Source: a bacterium (lineage in GTDB: Bacteria > Patescibacteriota > Minisyncoccia > Phycocordibacterales > UBA6065). Taken from it: DNA of 64,000 bases. Within the stretch, counting starts at the first letter, position 1, and each line of letters starts with the position of its first letter. This document shows positions 29,887 to 39,287 of the stretch, piece after piece. The stretch covers positions 469,768 to 533,767 of the forward strand of contig JAUXUT010000149.1 in NCBI GenBank assembly GCA_030680695.1. The letters run 5' to 3'. The position numbers and the translations under genes are program-made. The notes under the pieces were generated by a model. That model saw only the letters and a program-made list of their open reading frames with translations, made no database searches and was not told the DNA's origin.

Positions 29887-31047
29887 ATGAAAAAATCGAT
29901 CCTTTTTACAATCTTGCTGCTACTTCTTACGGGCAATTCTGTTTATGGCCAAGAGGGTGAAATTATGCAGGATAAAAAGGAAACTGTTCTCTCTAAAGTA
30001 ATCGATATTGTTAAGCAGGAGCAGAAACAAATTCCCGGAACAGATATACAAGGAATCCACCAGTCGATACAGATCGAGATTCTTGAAGGTAGTGCAAAAG
30101 GTCGCATTGTTGTTGTAAACGACGATTTCCTAGAACTGAAAAAGGGCCAAAAATTCTATCTACTGCATACGGTCAGGTGGGAGGGCGGGGCTGATCTCTA
30201 TTCAGTGCAAGAACCGTACAGGCTACCTAAAGTTTTTATCTTCGTCGGCATTTTTCTTCTGAGCGTCTTTGTTTTTGGCGGCATTCAAGGTATTCGGGGA
30301 CTCGTGAGCCTTGTCGGTAGTTTCATCTTGATACTCTATGTTTTGCTTCCCGGCATTCTTCAGGGCTATTCGCCGATATTGATCACCATTTCGGTTTCCT
30401 CGCTGATTATTATATTAGGCTCTTATGTAACTCATGGATTTAATAAGACGACTTCTTCTGCGGTCGTAGGGATGATCGCGACTGTTATTTTTACAGGCAT
30501 TCTCGGCTACGTGGCCGTCATATCAACAGGACTAAGCGGTTATGGATCGGAAGAGATCGTATATCTAAATCTTAATGCTCGCGGTTCCATTGATGTGGTA
30601 GGTCTTTTGTTTGGCGGCATTATGATCGGTCTTCTTGGTGTTCTCTATGATGTGGCGATAGGCCAAGCTATCACTGTAGAGGAACTGTTAAGGATCGCGC
30701 CTCATGTGCCTCGGAAGACCATATATCAGAGAGCGATAAGGATAGGACGCGAGCATATTGGAGCACTGGTGAACACTTTAGCGATTGCATATGTAGGTGC
30801 CGCTTTGCCCATGTTACTACTCGTTCTGCAGGCTTCGACCGATAGTATCTGGGTTGTGCTCAATAGAGAGAGCTTTTCTACCGAGATCATCCGAACGACG
30901 ATCGGTAGTCTCGGATTAATATTGGCGGTTCCAATCACAACAATTATTACAATGTGGATGCTCAATAGGGGTAAAAAAGTAATCGTGGATAAGAAATTAA
31001 TTGAGAAAGAGGAACACGCCTTAGAACACGTCGGACATAAGCATTAA
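29887..31047 (+). CDS. YibE/F-family polytopic membrane protein
   Basis: signal peptide + soluble N-domain then ~7 TM; GIMIGLLGVLYDVAIGQA and LVNTLAIAYVGAALPMLLLV typical of YibE/F. Confidence 0.6.
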   Translation: MKKSILFTILLLLLTGNSVYGQEGEIMQDKKETVLSKVIDIVKQEQKQIPGTDIQGIHQSIQIEILEGSAKGRIVVVNDDFLELKKGQKFYLLHTVRWEGGADLYSVQEPYRLPKVFIFVGIFLLSVFVFGGIQGIRGLVSLVGSFILILYVLLPGILQGYSPILITISVSSLIIILGSYVTHGFNKTTSSAVVGMIATVIFTGILGYVAVISTGLSGYGSEEIVYLNLNARGSIDVVGLLFGGIMIGLLGVLYDVAIGQAITVEELLRIAPHVPRKTIYQRAIRIGREHIGALVNTLAIAYVGAALPMLLLVLQASTDSIWVVLNRESFSTEIIRTTIGSLGLILAVPITTIITMWMLNRGKKVIVDKKLIEKEEHALEHVGHKH

Positions 31048-31059
31048 TTAATATAAAAA

Positions 31060-32328
31060 ATGTTACTTGGAATAAAAAGCAAAAAAATACTGTTCGTACG
31101 CCACCTCTTCGTAGCAGGCTTAGGTTCTCTGCTGACGTATTTGTTCTATAAGTCATATCCTCAATGGGGTGTGGACCATGCTATGTGGAGGTCATTTGCA
31201 CACACTGCTTTTGTTCTCCTTGTCGTCTCTCTTATCGTTGGACCTATGTCGAAACTGTGGCGTCCGTTCACGCGGCTGGTTTCTTGGAGGCGAGAGTTTG
31301 GGGTATGGTTTTCTGTATTCGCCGTTGGTCACGGCTACGTTATATGGGAACGCTGGGCACAAGGAGACGTGATGAGGCTCTTTGGTTTTGAGTATTTGGA
31401 GCAAGTGGGAGGTTATATTCTCTCTCGACCCGAGGTAGGCATCATGAACTTAATGGGACTTATGCTGCTTCCGATGATTATTCTGCTGACTATCACGTCT
31501 TTTGACAGGGCTGTTAGTTTCCTTGGTATTTCCTCATGGAAATGGCTTCATAATTCATTAGCTCACGTTATTTTTTATGTGATTGTGCTACGCGGCATTC
31601 TGTACCTGTTCTTTTTCTTCGAGCTTTCATATCCTCGAATGGCGGTGTATCCGCCCGTCTGGTTTTTGTATCCCTTTATCGGAATGGCGCTTCTGGTGGT
31701 GCTTTTGCAGAGTGTGGCATTTATTAAAATCGTTCTCCGTCAGAGAGCGGCTACAAGCCGCCGCGGGTTTAACATTCAAAGCATAACTGTATGTTTTCTC
31801 GGAGTATTATTCATACTTCCTATCGCGCTTCCCGGAGGAATGATTCTCTATTTGGAAAGTCGGTCAGTAGATGTTCCTCCCGTTTCGGCACAGGTATCAA
31901 AAAAATATTCCCAGAGTTTCTATATGGTTATTAATAGCGGCAATCAGGATATTCACCTTTGGGCGAGGGATCTTGATAGCAAGCCGTACTTCCGAGAAAC
32001 GATAGAGGTGGGAGGTTTGCCGATATCTCATAAAATATACAAATTTAGTGAGCGAGCGATATACGTTGCTCAATTAGACGAATCAAAACGCCTTGCCTGG
32101 TCTAAATCCGAAAATATAGAGCCTGAAAGCATAGGTATCTCGGGACTTGCGGGAGGTCCTGGTGTGTGGGCATTGCAATACGATAAGGGAAAGCATCAGA
32201 TTACCGTGGACGGCAAAGCGCTGGCAGTTACTATTCATGGCGTAGATGAAGTTATTGAAGACGAAGTGTTCAAGCTCCCGAACTTTCAAAATTCCGTATC
32301 GCCATCACAGCAGTTAATGAACCAGTAG
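31060..32328 (+). CDS. ferric-reductase-like transmembrane (heme-binding FRD) domain protein with C-terminal extracytoplasmic domain
   Basis: paired His in TM helices (HTAFVLL, HGYVIW, HNSLAHVIFYVIV). Confidence 0.55.
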   Translation: MLLGIKSKKILFVRHLFVAGLGSLLTYLFYKSYPQWGVDHAMWRSFAHTAFVLLVVSLIVGPMSKLWRPFTRLVSWRREFGVWFSVFAVGHGYVIWERWAQGDVMRLFGFEYLEQVGGYILSRPEVGIMNLMGLMLLPMIILLTITSFDRAVSFLGISSWKWLHNSLAHVIFYVIVLRGILYLFFFFELSYPRMAVYPPVWFLYPFIGMALLVVLLQSVAFIKIVLRQRAATSRRGFNIQSITVCFLGVLFILPIALPGGMILYLESRSVDVPPVSAQVSKKYSQSFYMVINSGNQDIHLWARDLDSKPYFRETIEVGGLPISHKIYKFSERAIYVAQLDESKRLAWSKSENIEPESIGISGLAGGPGVWALQYDKGKHQITVDGKALAVTIHGVDEVIEDEVFKLPNFQNSVSPSQQLMNQ

Positions 32329-32329
32329 A

Positions 32330-33019
32330 ATGAATCGAGTGTACAACACGACCCTTATCGGTAGGAGGAAGGTGGCGGCAAACACACTGGAAATCTCGAT
32401 CAAGAGACCGACTGATTTTTTGTTTGAACCAGGTCAATACATTCAGCTGAAAATTCCCAAGCTTTCATACTCGGATTATGACGGTGCATCGCGCGTGCTT
32501 TCTATTGCCTCATCTCCGCTTGATGAGGAAAGCATATCGCTGGCATTTAGAGACACTAATAGTGGGTTTAAGCGCACGATCAGGGAATTACCCATGAACT
32601 CGCAAATAATCATTGAAGGGCCACATGGATTTCTTGTGCTTCCCGAGGATCCAGGCTGTTCGGTATTTTTTATCGCGGGAGGAATCGGAATAACACCGTA
32701 TTTGAGTATGATTCAATATGCTCTTGAGAGGGGTTTTACCTCCTCTATGACGCTTATATACGCTAACAGGGACAAAGAAAGCGCCGCTTACCTAGATCAA
32801 CTACAGACATTGGCAAAGCGTTACTCATCATTTTCCCTTAAAACTGTATTTGGAAAAATCGATGAACTCTATATTCAGCAAAATATAAATAGCACAGAGG
32901 GCGCTAAGTGGTTTGTGGCTGGGCCACCAGCAATGGTAAGTCATGTGCATGGCACTCTTGTGTCCTTAGGGATAGACGACGCAAATATATGTCTTGAAGA
33001 ATTTACGGGGTATGAATAG
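32330..33019 (+). CDS. FAD/NAD(P)-binding oxidoreductase (ferredoxin-NADP reductase-like) partner of FRD membrane protein
   Basis: SRVLSIASSP (RxYS FAD motif), GGIGITPYLSM NAD(P) motif; begins 2 nt after upstream stop. Confidence 0.75.
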   Translation: MNRVYNTTLIGRRKVAANTLEISIKRPTDFLFEPGQYIQLKIPKLSYSDYDGASRVLSIASSPLDEESISLAFRDTNSGFKRTIRELPMNSQIIIEGPHGFLVLPEDPGCSVFFIAGGIGITPYLSMIQYALERGFTSSMTLIYANRDKESAAYLDQLQTLAKRYSSFSLKTVFGKIDELYIQQNINSTEGAKWFVAGPPAMVSHVHGTLVSLGIDDANICLEEFTGYE

Positions 33020-33123
33020 TCCACGAGAACTCTCGTGGACTGATAGCGGTTTTGGAGCTATCATGTTCAATGACAATAGAATATAAAAGTAGCCTAAACT
33101 AGACATTGTCTGGCATGGCGAAA

Positions 33124-33232
33124 AGCCCTATCAAGCATAAAGAACCCGTCATGGGGTTTGCTTGATAGGCCGTATCGGGAAACCGGTACGAGAGGTTCGG
33201 CCTCTACCCGTGGCGGGCTTTTTGTTTATTGC
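33124..33232. repeat. structured intergenic element: 13-nt direct repeat CTATCAAGCATAA (x2) with inverted copy TGCTTGATAGG, plus palindrome TCCACGAGAACTCTCGTGGA at 33021-33040
   Basis: read directly between FNR-like gene and next gene. Confidence 0.3.
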
Positions 33233-33259
33233 AGATTATAAGACCTATCAAGCATAATT

Positions 33260-33916
33260 ATGAACACACCAGTTCAGTCTCCGGAGGTTAAGACTAACAA
33301 TATAACCCTAAGCTCTGTATTTGCCTGGCTATTTGGAATCATTTTTATAATCCTCGGACTTACAAACATAGGAAAGTGGCCCGTGTCTGGAATCCTTTTC
33401 TTTATCGTTGCAGCGCTCTGTCTTCCTCCAGTGACCAAGCTTCTTAAGGAGAGAGCGAATCTCACGTTTTCAAAAGGTGTAAAGATTCTCGTGGTCCTTA
33501 TTGTTATGGTTATTGGTTTCTCTCTGGTGGGATCTAAGGCTGCCAAGCAGGTAGAGACAAAGGCTGTGGTCGAGGCAGTTGCTCCTGTTCCAGAGCCAGT
33601 TCCTACAATTAAGGTGACGGCGGATCAATTGATGAACGAATATAACGCCAATGAAATATCTGCAGAGGCGAAGTATAAGGGTAAAGTGATTCAAGTTTCA
33701 GGCACCGTAGAATCAATCGGTAAGGACATTGTCGGGAGCGCCTATATCGCTCTTAGAACTGGCGGTGAATATTCAATAAGCTCCGTTCAGTGCATGTTCC
33801 CTAAGTCTGCCGAATCGGCACTGGCTCAGGTATCGAAAGAAGAAAGAATCGTGCTTGAAGGGCAAGTTTCCGGCAAGCTCGGCAATGTGATTGTGAGGAG
33901 TTGCAAGATAATCTAA
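33260..33916 (+). CDS. membrane-anchored protein with C-terminal OB-fold (tRNA_anti-like) domain
   Basis: 218 aa; two TM then KGKVIQVSGTVESIG...EGQVSGKLGNVIV. Confidence 0.4.
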   Translation: MNTPVQSPEVKTNNITLSSVFAWLFGIIFIILGLTNIGKWPVSGILFFIVAALCLPPVTKLLKERANLTFSKGVKILVVLIVMVIGFSLVGSKAAKQVETKAVVEAVAPVPEPVPTIKVTADQLMNEYNANEISAEAKYKGKVIQVSGTVESIGKDIVGSAYIALRTGGEYSISSVQCMFPKSAESALAQVSKEERIVLEGQVSGKLGNVIVRSCKII

Positions 33917-33962
33917 TCACCCGCAAGTCGCTGCAGGCCCTTTGATCTGCTAAGCTTTAGTC

Positions 33963-35615
33963 GTGAGCCTAACTCCCAATGACCTATTAGAGGCTCTGAA
34001 GACCATAAATCAGAGCAAGACAGCATCCACTCCGAAAGAATACCGGTATGTGGTTTACGCTCGTAAATCGACCGATGATAGCGACAAGCAGGTGCGGTCT
34101 CTCGCGGATCAGATAATCGAATGCGAGGAATTTGCCAAGCAGCATGGGCTCAAGGTTGTAGATAAGATCCAGGAGTCCGAGTCAGCCAAGGAGCCGGACA
34201 TTCGCCCGAAATTCAGGGAGATGGTCGAGAGGCTCAAGGCTGGGAAATATGACGGCGTGATCGCTTGGCATCCCGATCGCCTGGCTCGCAATATGAAGGA
34301 TGCTGGGGAGCTTATAGACCTCGTGGACAAGCGGATCATCAAGGATCTCAAGTTCGTGAGCTTCACGTTCGAGAATACGACGAGCGGCAAGATGCTCCTC
34401 GGCATCACCTTCGTGCTCTCCAAGCAGTATTCAGACAACCTGAGCGACAACGTGAGCCGCGGCAACAAGCGCAGCATCGAGGAGGGCAAGTACATAAACA
34501 GGTCCAAGCACGGGTATTTTAAAGACTCAGAACAGTTCTTGAGACCCGACGGCGACAACTTCTTGTTGATCAAGAAGGCTTTCACTCTGCGCCTTGAGGG
34601 TAAGACGCTTGATGAGATAGCTGTCAATCTCAACGAGCGTGGGTACATGCGGGTGAGGAAGGATGGGTCGAGGAGGGTCTATGAAATGGACAAGCAAACT
34701 GTCGCAAAGATACTCAAGGACCCGATTTATACCGGGGTTCTCCTTTACGGAAAGAATCAAGTTAACCTCATGGAGCGGTACGACTTCCAGTCGATGGTTA
34801 CTGTCGATGAGTTCATGAGGATAAACGAGATCGCTAATAATAAGCAGTATCTGAATCTCTTTAAGAGCTATCGGAAGGCCGAGAGCGTAAAGGCGGACCT
34901 CATGCGCGGCATGGTGATTTGTGGCGATTGCGACGAGCCAATGTCGGCAGGCATAACGTCCAAGAAAAGCAAGGCGGGCGTAACCAATTATTTCTATTAC
35001 CGCTGCGAGAATGACGAGTGCGAAAGGTACGGCAAGTCCGTAAGGGCGAAAGTGGTGATGGATTACATCTACAAATACCTAGAGGGAAAGCCTTTCTCGT
35101 CCGAGATGTCGTATAAGCACTATGTCGAGGAAATGAAGAGGGTATCTGCTCTTAAACAGAGCGAGGCGCGGTCCTATCTGGCATCGGTCCAGACCTCTAA
35201 AACGGCCTCAGAGATGAGGTTGGGGAGAATCAAGGACCTTCTCCTTTCAGCCAACGAAGAGAGTATCAAACAGACCTTTATGGCCGATCTGAAGCTCGCT
35301 GAGGCAGATGTTAAGGCGGCCGAGAAGAACATTGAGAAGGCTAAGGCGCTTCTTGAGAGCGGCAAGGAGCCGATCTGCGCCTATTCGGAATTCCTCGAAC
35401 TCATGGAAAACATGGCTACAATACTGCGTTCTATGAAAAACATGAGCGACATCGACTTCATCGTGAAAAAGATCTTCTTGAACTTTACGATACAAGGAAA
35501 AAACGTAGTGGGTGCAACGTTAAATCATCCCTTCAACCTTCTCGATACCTCAAAAGTATCTAATAGTGGACACGGAGGGACTCGAACCCTCAACCCTTAC
35601 GGGACACGCTTCTGA
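33963..35615 (+). CDS. large serine recombinase (resolvase catalytic domain + recombinase domain + zinc ribbon + coiled coil); GTG start
   Basis: VVYARKSTDDSDKQVRSLADQ catalytic Ser, CGDCDEP...YYRCENDEC zinc ribbon, 550 aa; last 16 codons overlap tRNA-Leu antisense. Confidence 0.85.
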   Translation: MSLTPNDLLEALKTINQSKTASTPKEYRYVVYARKSTDDSDKQVRSLADQIIECEEFAKQHGLKVVDKIQESESAKEPDIRPKFREMVERLKAGKYDGVIAWHPDRLARNMKDAGELIDLVDKRIIKDLKFVSFTFENTTSGKMLLGITFVLSKQYSDNLSDNVSRGNKRSIEEGKYINRSKHGYFKDSEQFLRPDGDNFLLIKKAFTLRLEGKTLDEIAVNLNERGYMRVRKDGSRRVYEMDKQTVAKILKDPIYTGVLLYGKNQVNLMERYDFQSMVTVDEFMRINEIANNKQYLNLFKSYRKAESVKADLMRGMVICGDCDEPMSAGITSKKSKAGVTNYFYYRCENDECERYGKSVRAKVVMDYIYKYLEGKPFSSEMSYKHYVEEMKRVSALKQSEARSYLASVQTSKTASEMRLGRIKDLLLSANEESIKQTFMADLKLAEADVKAAEKNIEKAKALLESGKEPICAYSEFLELMENMATILRSMKNMSDIDFIVKKIFLNFTIQGKNVVGATLNHPFNLLDTSKVSNSGHGGTRTLNPYGTRF

Positions 35616-35648
35616 GACGTGCGCGTATACCAATTCCGCCACGTGTCC
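35567..35648 (-). tRNA. tRNA-Leu (anticodon CAG), type II with long variable arm
   Basis: GGACACGTGGCGGAATTGGTATACGCGCACGTCTCAGAAGCGTGTCCCGTAAGGGTTGAGGGTTCGAGTCCCTCCGTGTCCA: 7-bp acceptor, anticodon loop CUCAGAA, variable hairpin CCC-GUAA-GGG, T-loop TTCGAGT. Confidence 0.8.
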
Positions 35649-35710
35649 AATTCCCGCCATGCTAACACCTGATCCGACCAATCGCCACCTGTGTGGAACC
35701 TCCCACGCAC

Positions 35711-36388
35711 CTATGACTTCCGCCTCAATCCTTGAAACGCCTCGGCTATACCACCAATGATATAGAGTTGGAATGAAACTACGGAAACTTGCCATATCAT
35801 GCGCAGACGAGCAACCAGACCTTTCAATATCCCGTATTTCTTTTCCTTGATGATATGGCGCGTTCCTGTCGTAAGGCGGAATCCCATACCCTTCGGGGTT
35901 TTCTTCGCAGCATAGTTGAGAACGGTCTCTATCATGAAACCTCTCATATAATCGGCCGGTAAACTCAACCACAAATCCTTCGTAATCACGCGCTCACCGC
36001 TTATGATCGGAAAAAAATGGAGGATGCGATTGAGCCAGAGCGTCTTCCTGGACCGTATACCAACAAACATTTCATATTCACCTCTTTTGACCGGATCGAT
36101 AATATAGGAAAGTGCTTCGTGCGTATACCCCAGTACATCCGCATCAAGAAACAGGATTATTTCTGACCTCGCCGCTCGCACGCCTCGGTCCATGGCCATG
36201 GCTTTACCGAGATTCGTATTATTCACGATTACAATTGCGCCGGCCTTACGAGCAATATCAGCCGTTCCATCAGTCGAACCATCGTCGACGACTATCACCT
36301 CGGATATGTCTGGATGGCCTAAAACGACAGAGATTACCTCCCCTATCGTGCTCGCCTCGTTCAATGCTGGAATTATTGCTGATACCAT
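35711..36388 (-). CDS. family 2 glycosyltransferase (dolichyl-phosphate mannose synthase-like)
   Basis: SAIIPALNE...VIVVDDGSTDGT...FLDAD motifs. Confidence 0.8.
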   Translation of the reverse strand: MVSAIIPALNEASTIGEVISVVLGHPDISEVIVVDDGSTDGTADIARKAGAIVIVNNTNLGKAMAMDRGVRAARSEIILFLDADVLGYTHEALSYIIDPVKRGEYEMFVGIRSRKTLWLNRILHFFPIISGERVITKDLWLSLPADYMRGFMIETVLNYAAKKTPKGMGFRLTTGTRHIIKEKKYGILKGLVARLRMIWQVSVVSFQLYIIGGIAEAFQGLRRKS

Positions 36389-36963
36389 TTCTTCTTCACG
36401 TATTTACCGACTATGAAATGACCAGCAACAACCAGTGCGACAAAGATCAGGAACACTACCTCTATGCGATGCACTACCTCCGCAAGTCCAGCCAAACTGA
36501 GGTTAACTGAATATCCAAGGGCGATAAGAGCGAGGGTGAGTGAAAGCACTCCAAGAAAATTCACCATGATATACCGACGCCATTCCATACCACGAGCCCC
36601 GGCAAGTATTTGTACGGCCGTGCGAGTACCATACACGAACTTCGAGGCAAACAATACCTTGGCCTTGTGCGCGTCGAAAGGCTTCGCTATCTCATCTACC
36701 TTGGCCATGACTCGATCGATTATAAACCTACGAAAAATACCATGTTGCATATGTCTTCCTACATAGAACCACACCGTATCGGAAAGTGTCGTTGAAATAA
36801 CGGTTATAGCAACCACATATGGCATGCTCAATTTACCGGCGATAGCAAGAAATATTGCCGGTAATAATATAGATTCACCAGCAATAATAAGCCCCACAAA
36901 TATAATGATGTACGGATGGTTGGTGAAGGCGTATATAATCGTATCGAGATATGGTTCGAACAT
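36373..36963 (-). CDS. DedA-family (VTT/SNARE-associated domain) membrane protein
   Basis: FVGLIIAGESILLP...SKFVYGTRTAVQILAG motifs. Confidence 0.75.
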   Translation of the reverse strand: MFEPYLDTIIYAFTNHPYIIIFVGLIIAGESILLPAIFLAIAGKLSMPYVVAITVISTTLSDTVWFYVGRHMQHGIFRRFIIDRVMAKVDEIAKPFDAHKAKVLFASKFVYGTRTAVQILAGARGMEWRRYIMVNFLGVLSLTLALIALGYSVNLSLAGLAEVVHRIEVVFLIFVALVVAGHFIVGKYVKKKWYQQ

Positions 36964-36999
36964 CACAACGATTAATTATACACCAGCGGATACGACAAG

Positions 37000-37914
37000 T
37001 TATCGATCCGAACGGCTGTCCTTTTGACGATTAAGTGTGATAAGAAGCGGAGCACAGATGAATATAGATGAGTACGTTCCGAAGGCGATACCAATAAAGA
37101 GGGCGAGCGAGAAATGCTTGGTTGTCTCAGGTCCGAATACGTAAAGCGCCGCGATGGCAATAAGGGTGGTGAGCGACGTGTTAATCGATCGAACGAATGT
37201 CTGGTTAATAGAATCTCCAACGATGTGTTCGAAGTTCTTTTTGTCACTGCGGTTCGAGTTGATGTGGAGGTTCTCGCGCACGCGGTCAAAAACAACGATG
37301 GTGTCATGAACGGAGAAACCGAGGATGACGAGAAGGGCTGTCACGAACAACGTGTCTACCTCAAAACCGGCGAACTGACCCAACACGGCAAAGGCTCCAG
37401 CGGTAATGAGAATATTGTGGGCGAGACCAACGATTGCCATGAGGCCGTACTTCCATGACGATACAGGCCTAGACACCTTTCGGAAGGCAAAGGTGATGAA
37501 TAAGACGATGGCCGCCAACACAAGGAGTATTGATATCCATGATTTCTGAAGAGCCTCCTCACCAAGAACCGGACCGATCGAATTGAAACGCTTCTCCTCG
37601 AAATCTGAAGCAGACATAGTATCGATAGCTGCAAGGACAGCGCTGTGACCAGCCTGATCCAACTCTCCGGTGCGGATGATATAACCCGTCTCGCCCGTAG
37701 GCCTGATTGAATACGTGCCAAGGCCAAGGGAATCAAGGCCACCACGCAGATCCTCCATAGAAGGCCGTTCCGAAACATATTCAATTTCCATAATCGAACC
37801 TCCTTTGAGGTCTATGCCTGGACGAAGCCCCCAAACAACCAGGGCCACGATTGAAGCGATCGAAAGAGCAATCGAGAATGTGTAGAAGGCTATCCTGTTG
37901 CGTACTATAAACAT
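37000..37914 (-). CDS. secF: protein translocase subunit SecF
   Basis: 304 aa, GIDLKGG, 6 TM, conserved SecF C-terminal region. Confidence 0.9.
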   Translation of the reverse strand: MFIVRNRIAFYTFSIALSIASIVALVVWGLRPGIDLKGGSIMEIEYVSERPSMEDLRGGLDSLGLGTYSIRPTGETGYIIRTGELDQAGHSAVLAAIDTMSASDFEEKRFNSIGPVLGEEALQKSWISILLVLAAIVLFITFAFRKVSRPVSSWKYGLMAIVGLAHNILITAGAFAVLGQFAGFEVDTLFVTALLVILGFSVHDTIVVFDRVRENLHINSNRSDKKNFEHIVGDSINQTFVRSINTSLTTLIAIAALYVFGPETTKHFSLALFIGIAFGTYSSIFICAPLLITLNRQKDSRSDR

Positions 37915-37918
37915 GGTA

Positions 37919-39247
37919 TTAAAAGGTTATGCCTGAACCAAAGAAGAATCGTGCGACCTTGCTGTCTCCTTTTGCACCCACTGCCATCAAAAGGGTTCTG
38001 GATGCCGTGATTGCTGTAAACATCGACACAACAACTCCGATACCGAAGACTAGCGCGAAGCCTTTAACAACTGGCGTAGAAGCAAAGTAATAAAGGATCA
38101 CAGCTGTGATGATGGACGAAAGATTCGAGTCACGAATTGAAAGCCATGCTCGCTGAAAACCTTCGCGCACAGCGTCATTCAAAACCTTTCCTCGCCTGAG
38201 CTCTTCTTTCATTCGCTCAAATATAAGTATGTTGGCATCTACGGCCATACCCAAGGTAAGTACAAATCCAGCGATACCCGCCGCCGTAAGTGTGACAGGT
38301 ATGAGCTTGAAAAGGGCAAGGCTAAGGGCCACATAGATTGCGAGGGCAATGATTGCAATGACACCAGGAATTCTGTACCAAACGATAAGGAATATCGCAA
38401 CCACTACGAATGCGATGAGTCCAGCAAACACCGAGGCATCAAGAGCGCCGGCGCCAAGCGATGCACCGATAGTCTGGGTCGAGACAAGCTCAATAGGAAC
38501 GGGCAATGCTCCGTAATTAAGATCTCGCACGAGCTGACGAGCCTCCTGGATGTTGAAATTTCCGGTGATAATAGCCTCACCTGTAGATATCTCTTGCTGA
38601 ATGACAGGGGTCGTTATCGGCTGACCATCAAGGAACACACCGAGCACCTCGCCAATATTATCGCGGGTAATCGCCGCAAAAAGTGCCCTACCTTCGTCAT
38701 TCCAAACAAGTGATACAACCGGAACGTTCGTCGTTTGATCAAACTGAATCTGAGCACGTTGAAGATATCGTCCAGTAAGGCCAGAAGATACAAAAAGTTC
38801 TTCGACGGTAGCCGAGTCCATCTGTTCAGGTGTCATGTTGGCAACCTCAGGACGAATGAGTTTGAAATCAAGGAGTGGAGTCTTACCAATGAGGGCTATG
38901 GCTTCATCAACATCAGTGACACCTGGGAGTTCCACGATAAGTCGGTGCTCGTCACGGCCAACGACACCTCCCTTTTCTACCTGAACAACAGGTTCTGAAA
39001 CACCGAAGAGGTTCACGCGACGTTCCACAACGTCAGCGAGTGATCGCATGGCGTCATCAATCTGGTCTCCACTTATCTCTGAAGTATCAGCGCGAAAGAC
39101 GAGGTGTGAGCCGCCTGAAAGGTCGAGACCGAGACGATATGGGTGCTTGGAAACAGTCCCGTCTTCGCTTTTCGCATCATACGCGAAATATCCGACAAAG
39201 GCCGCGAGGACGATTAGGACGATGGCTGATACTCGTTTTTTCCACAT
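37919..39247 (-). CDS. secD: protein translocase subunit SecD
   Basis: 442 aa, LGLDLSGG, periplasmic domain then 6 TM. Confidence 0.9.
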   Translation of the reverse strand: MWKKRVSAIVLIVLAAFVGYFAYDAKSEDGTVSKHPYRLGLDLSGGSHLVFRADTSEISGDQIDDAMRSLADVVERRVNLFGVSEPVVQVEKGGVVGRDEHRLIVELPGVTDVDEAIALIGKTPLLDFKLIRPEVANMTPEQMDSATVEELFVSSGLTGRYLQRAQIQFDQTTNVPVVSLVWNDEGRALFAAITRDNIGEVLGVFLDGQPITTPVIQQEISTGEAIITGNFNIQEARQLVRDLNYGALPVPIELVSTQTIGASLGAGALDASVFAGLIAFVVVAIFLIVWYRIPGVIAIIALAIYVALSLALFKLIPVTLTAAGIAGFVLTLGMAVDANILIFERMKEELRRGKVLNDAVREGFQRAWLSIRDSNLSSIITAVILYYFASTPVVKGFALVFGIGVVVSMFTAITASRTLLMAVGAKGDSKVARFFFGSGITF

Positions 39248-39287
39248 ATATAAAGGTTTTTAACTAGTGTCCGCTATGCTATCACAC

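Larger units (their letters stand above)
20700..35650. mobile_element. putative ~15-kb integrative genomic island carrying copper/metal-homeostasis genes, large serine recombinase at right end abutting tRNA-Leu
   Basis: GC ~40-42% vs ~50-60% flanks (hand counts), all 18 genes co-oriented on + strand, recombinase gene overlaps tRNA-Leu 3' half, repeats at left edge. Confidence 0.5.

Noticed and set aside
35550-35972. 140-aa ORF overlapping tRNA-Leu and the GT2 gene
   Set aside because: It runs through a tRNA and overlaps a well-supported glycosyltransferase gene in another frame.
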